25,986 nucleotides of DNA from Candidatus Micrarchaeia archaeon. Its GTDB lineage: Archaea; Micrarchaeota; Micrarchaeia; Burarchaeales; JAVZCV01. Shown one piece after another: positions 25,877 to 25,986 of this stretch. A program made the position numbers and the translations under genes. The DNA lies in NCBI GenBank assembly GCA_038874215.1, contig JAVZCV010000017.1, positions 1-25,986 of the forward strand, in the 5' to 3' direction. The stretch's first letter is position 1. The number at the start of each line of letters is the position of its first letter. The notes beneath the pieces were generated by a model. That model was given only the letters and a program-made list of their open reading frames with translations. It did no database searches and had not been told where the DNA came from.

Positions 25877-25986
25877 ATGAATGGAGAAACGATTCATGAG
25901 GGGGCTTGCGTCATAAAAACATCAAAGAACGTGTTCTTCAACCCAGCAATGGAATTTTGCAGGGATTTCTCATCTATGGGCGTGGG
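25877..25986 (+). CDS. trm1: 5' end of tRNA (guanine26-N2)-dimethyltransferase Trm1 (partial, runs off the window)
   Basis: Manual translation MNGETIHEGACVIKTSKNVFFNPAMEFCRDFSSMGV matches the Trm1 N-terminal 'EG...VFYNPxMxxNRD' motif. Not in the ORF track. Confidence 0.8.
   Translation, partial: MNGETIHEGACVIKTSKNVFFNPAMEFCRDFSSMGV

Noticed and set aside
471-25899. Numerous 60-211 aa antisense or out-of-frame ORFs (e.g. 8330..8965, 9663..10166, 15429..15983, 22224..22685)
   Set aside because: They lie within or mostly overlap well-supported genes and show no motifs; treated as shadow ORFs.

Overview
Chromosomal window from an archaeon: PolD large subunit with a C-terminal PIP box, ATP-dependent ligase, an intron-containing tRNA, and GGTGA/GGTGG ribosome-binding sites. 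A DPANN/Micrarchaeota-like origin is my impression, not proven. Housekeeping content: polC, lig, start of trm1, trpB2, a LeuA-family synthase, argB/argD/argA-like genes, an ABC-2 exporter, a CorA-like protein and tRNA-Thr(UGU). Less ordinary items: (1) an intergenic box C/D guide RNA whose D guide points exactly at C34 of tRNA-Leu(CAA); (2) an exact, orphan second copy of the tRNA-Thr 3' exon behind a hairpin-rich spacer; (3) two metabolic kinase folds (aspartokinase-like and ROK) remodelled by large helical insertions and basic N-terminal extensions; (4) a small protein ending in a ribosomal-stalk-like EEEE..GxGxxFG tail; (5) two paralogous Cys-rich coiled-coil surface proteins followed by a GT-C glycosyltransferase; (6) a solo Cas4-like nuclease and an ankyrin protein with a basic tail. 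No CRISPR array, integrase or transposase is visible. All family assignments come from reading motifs by eye, without database searches.
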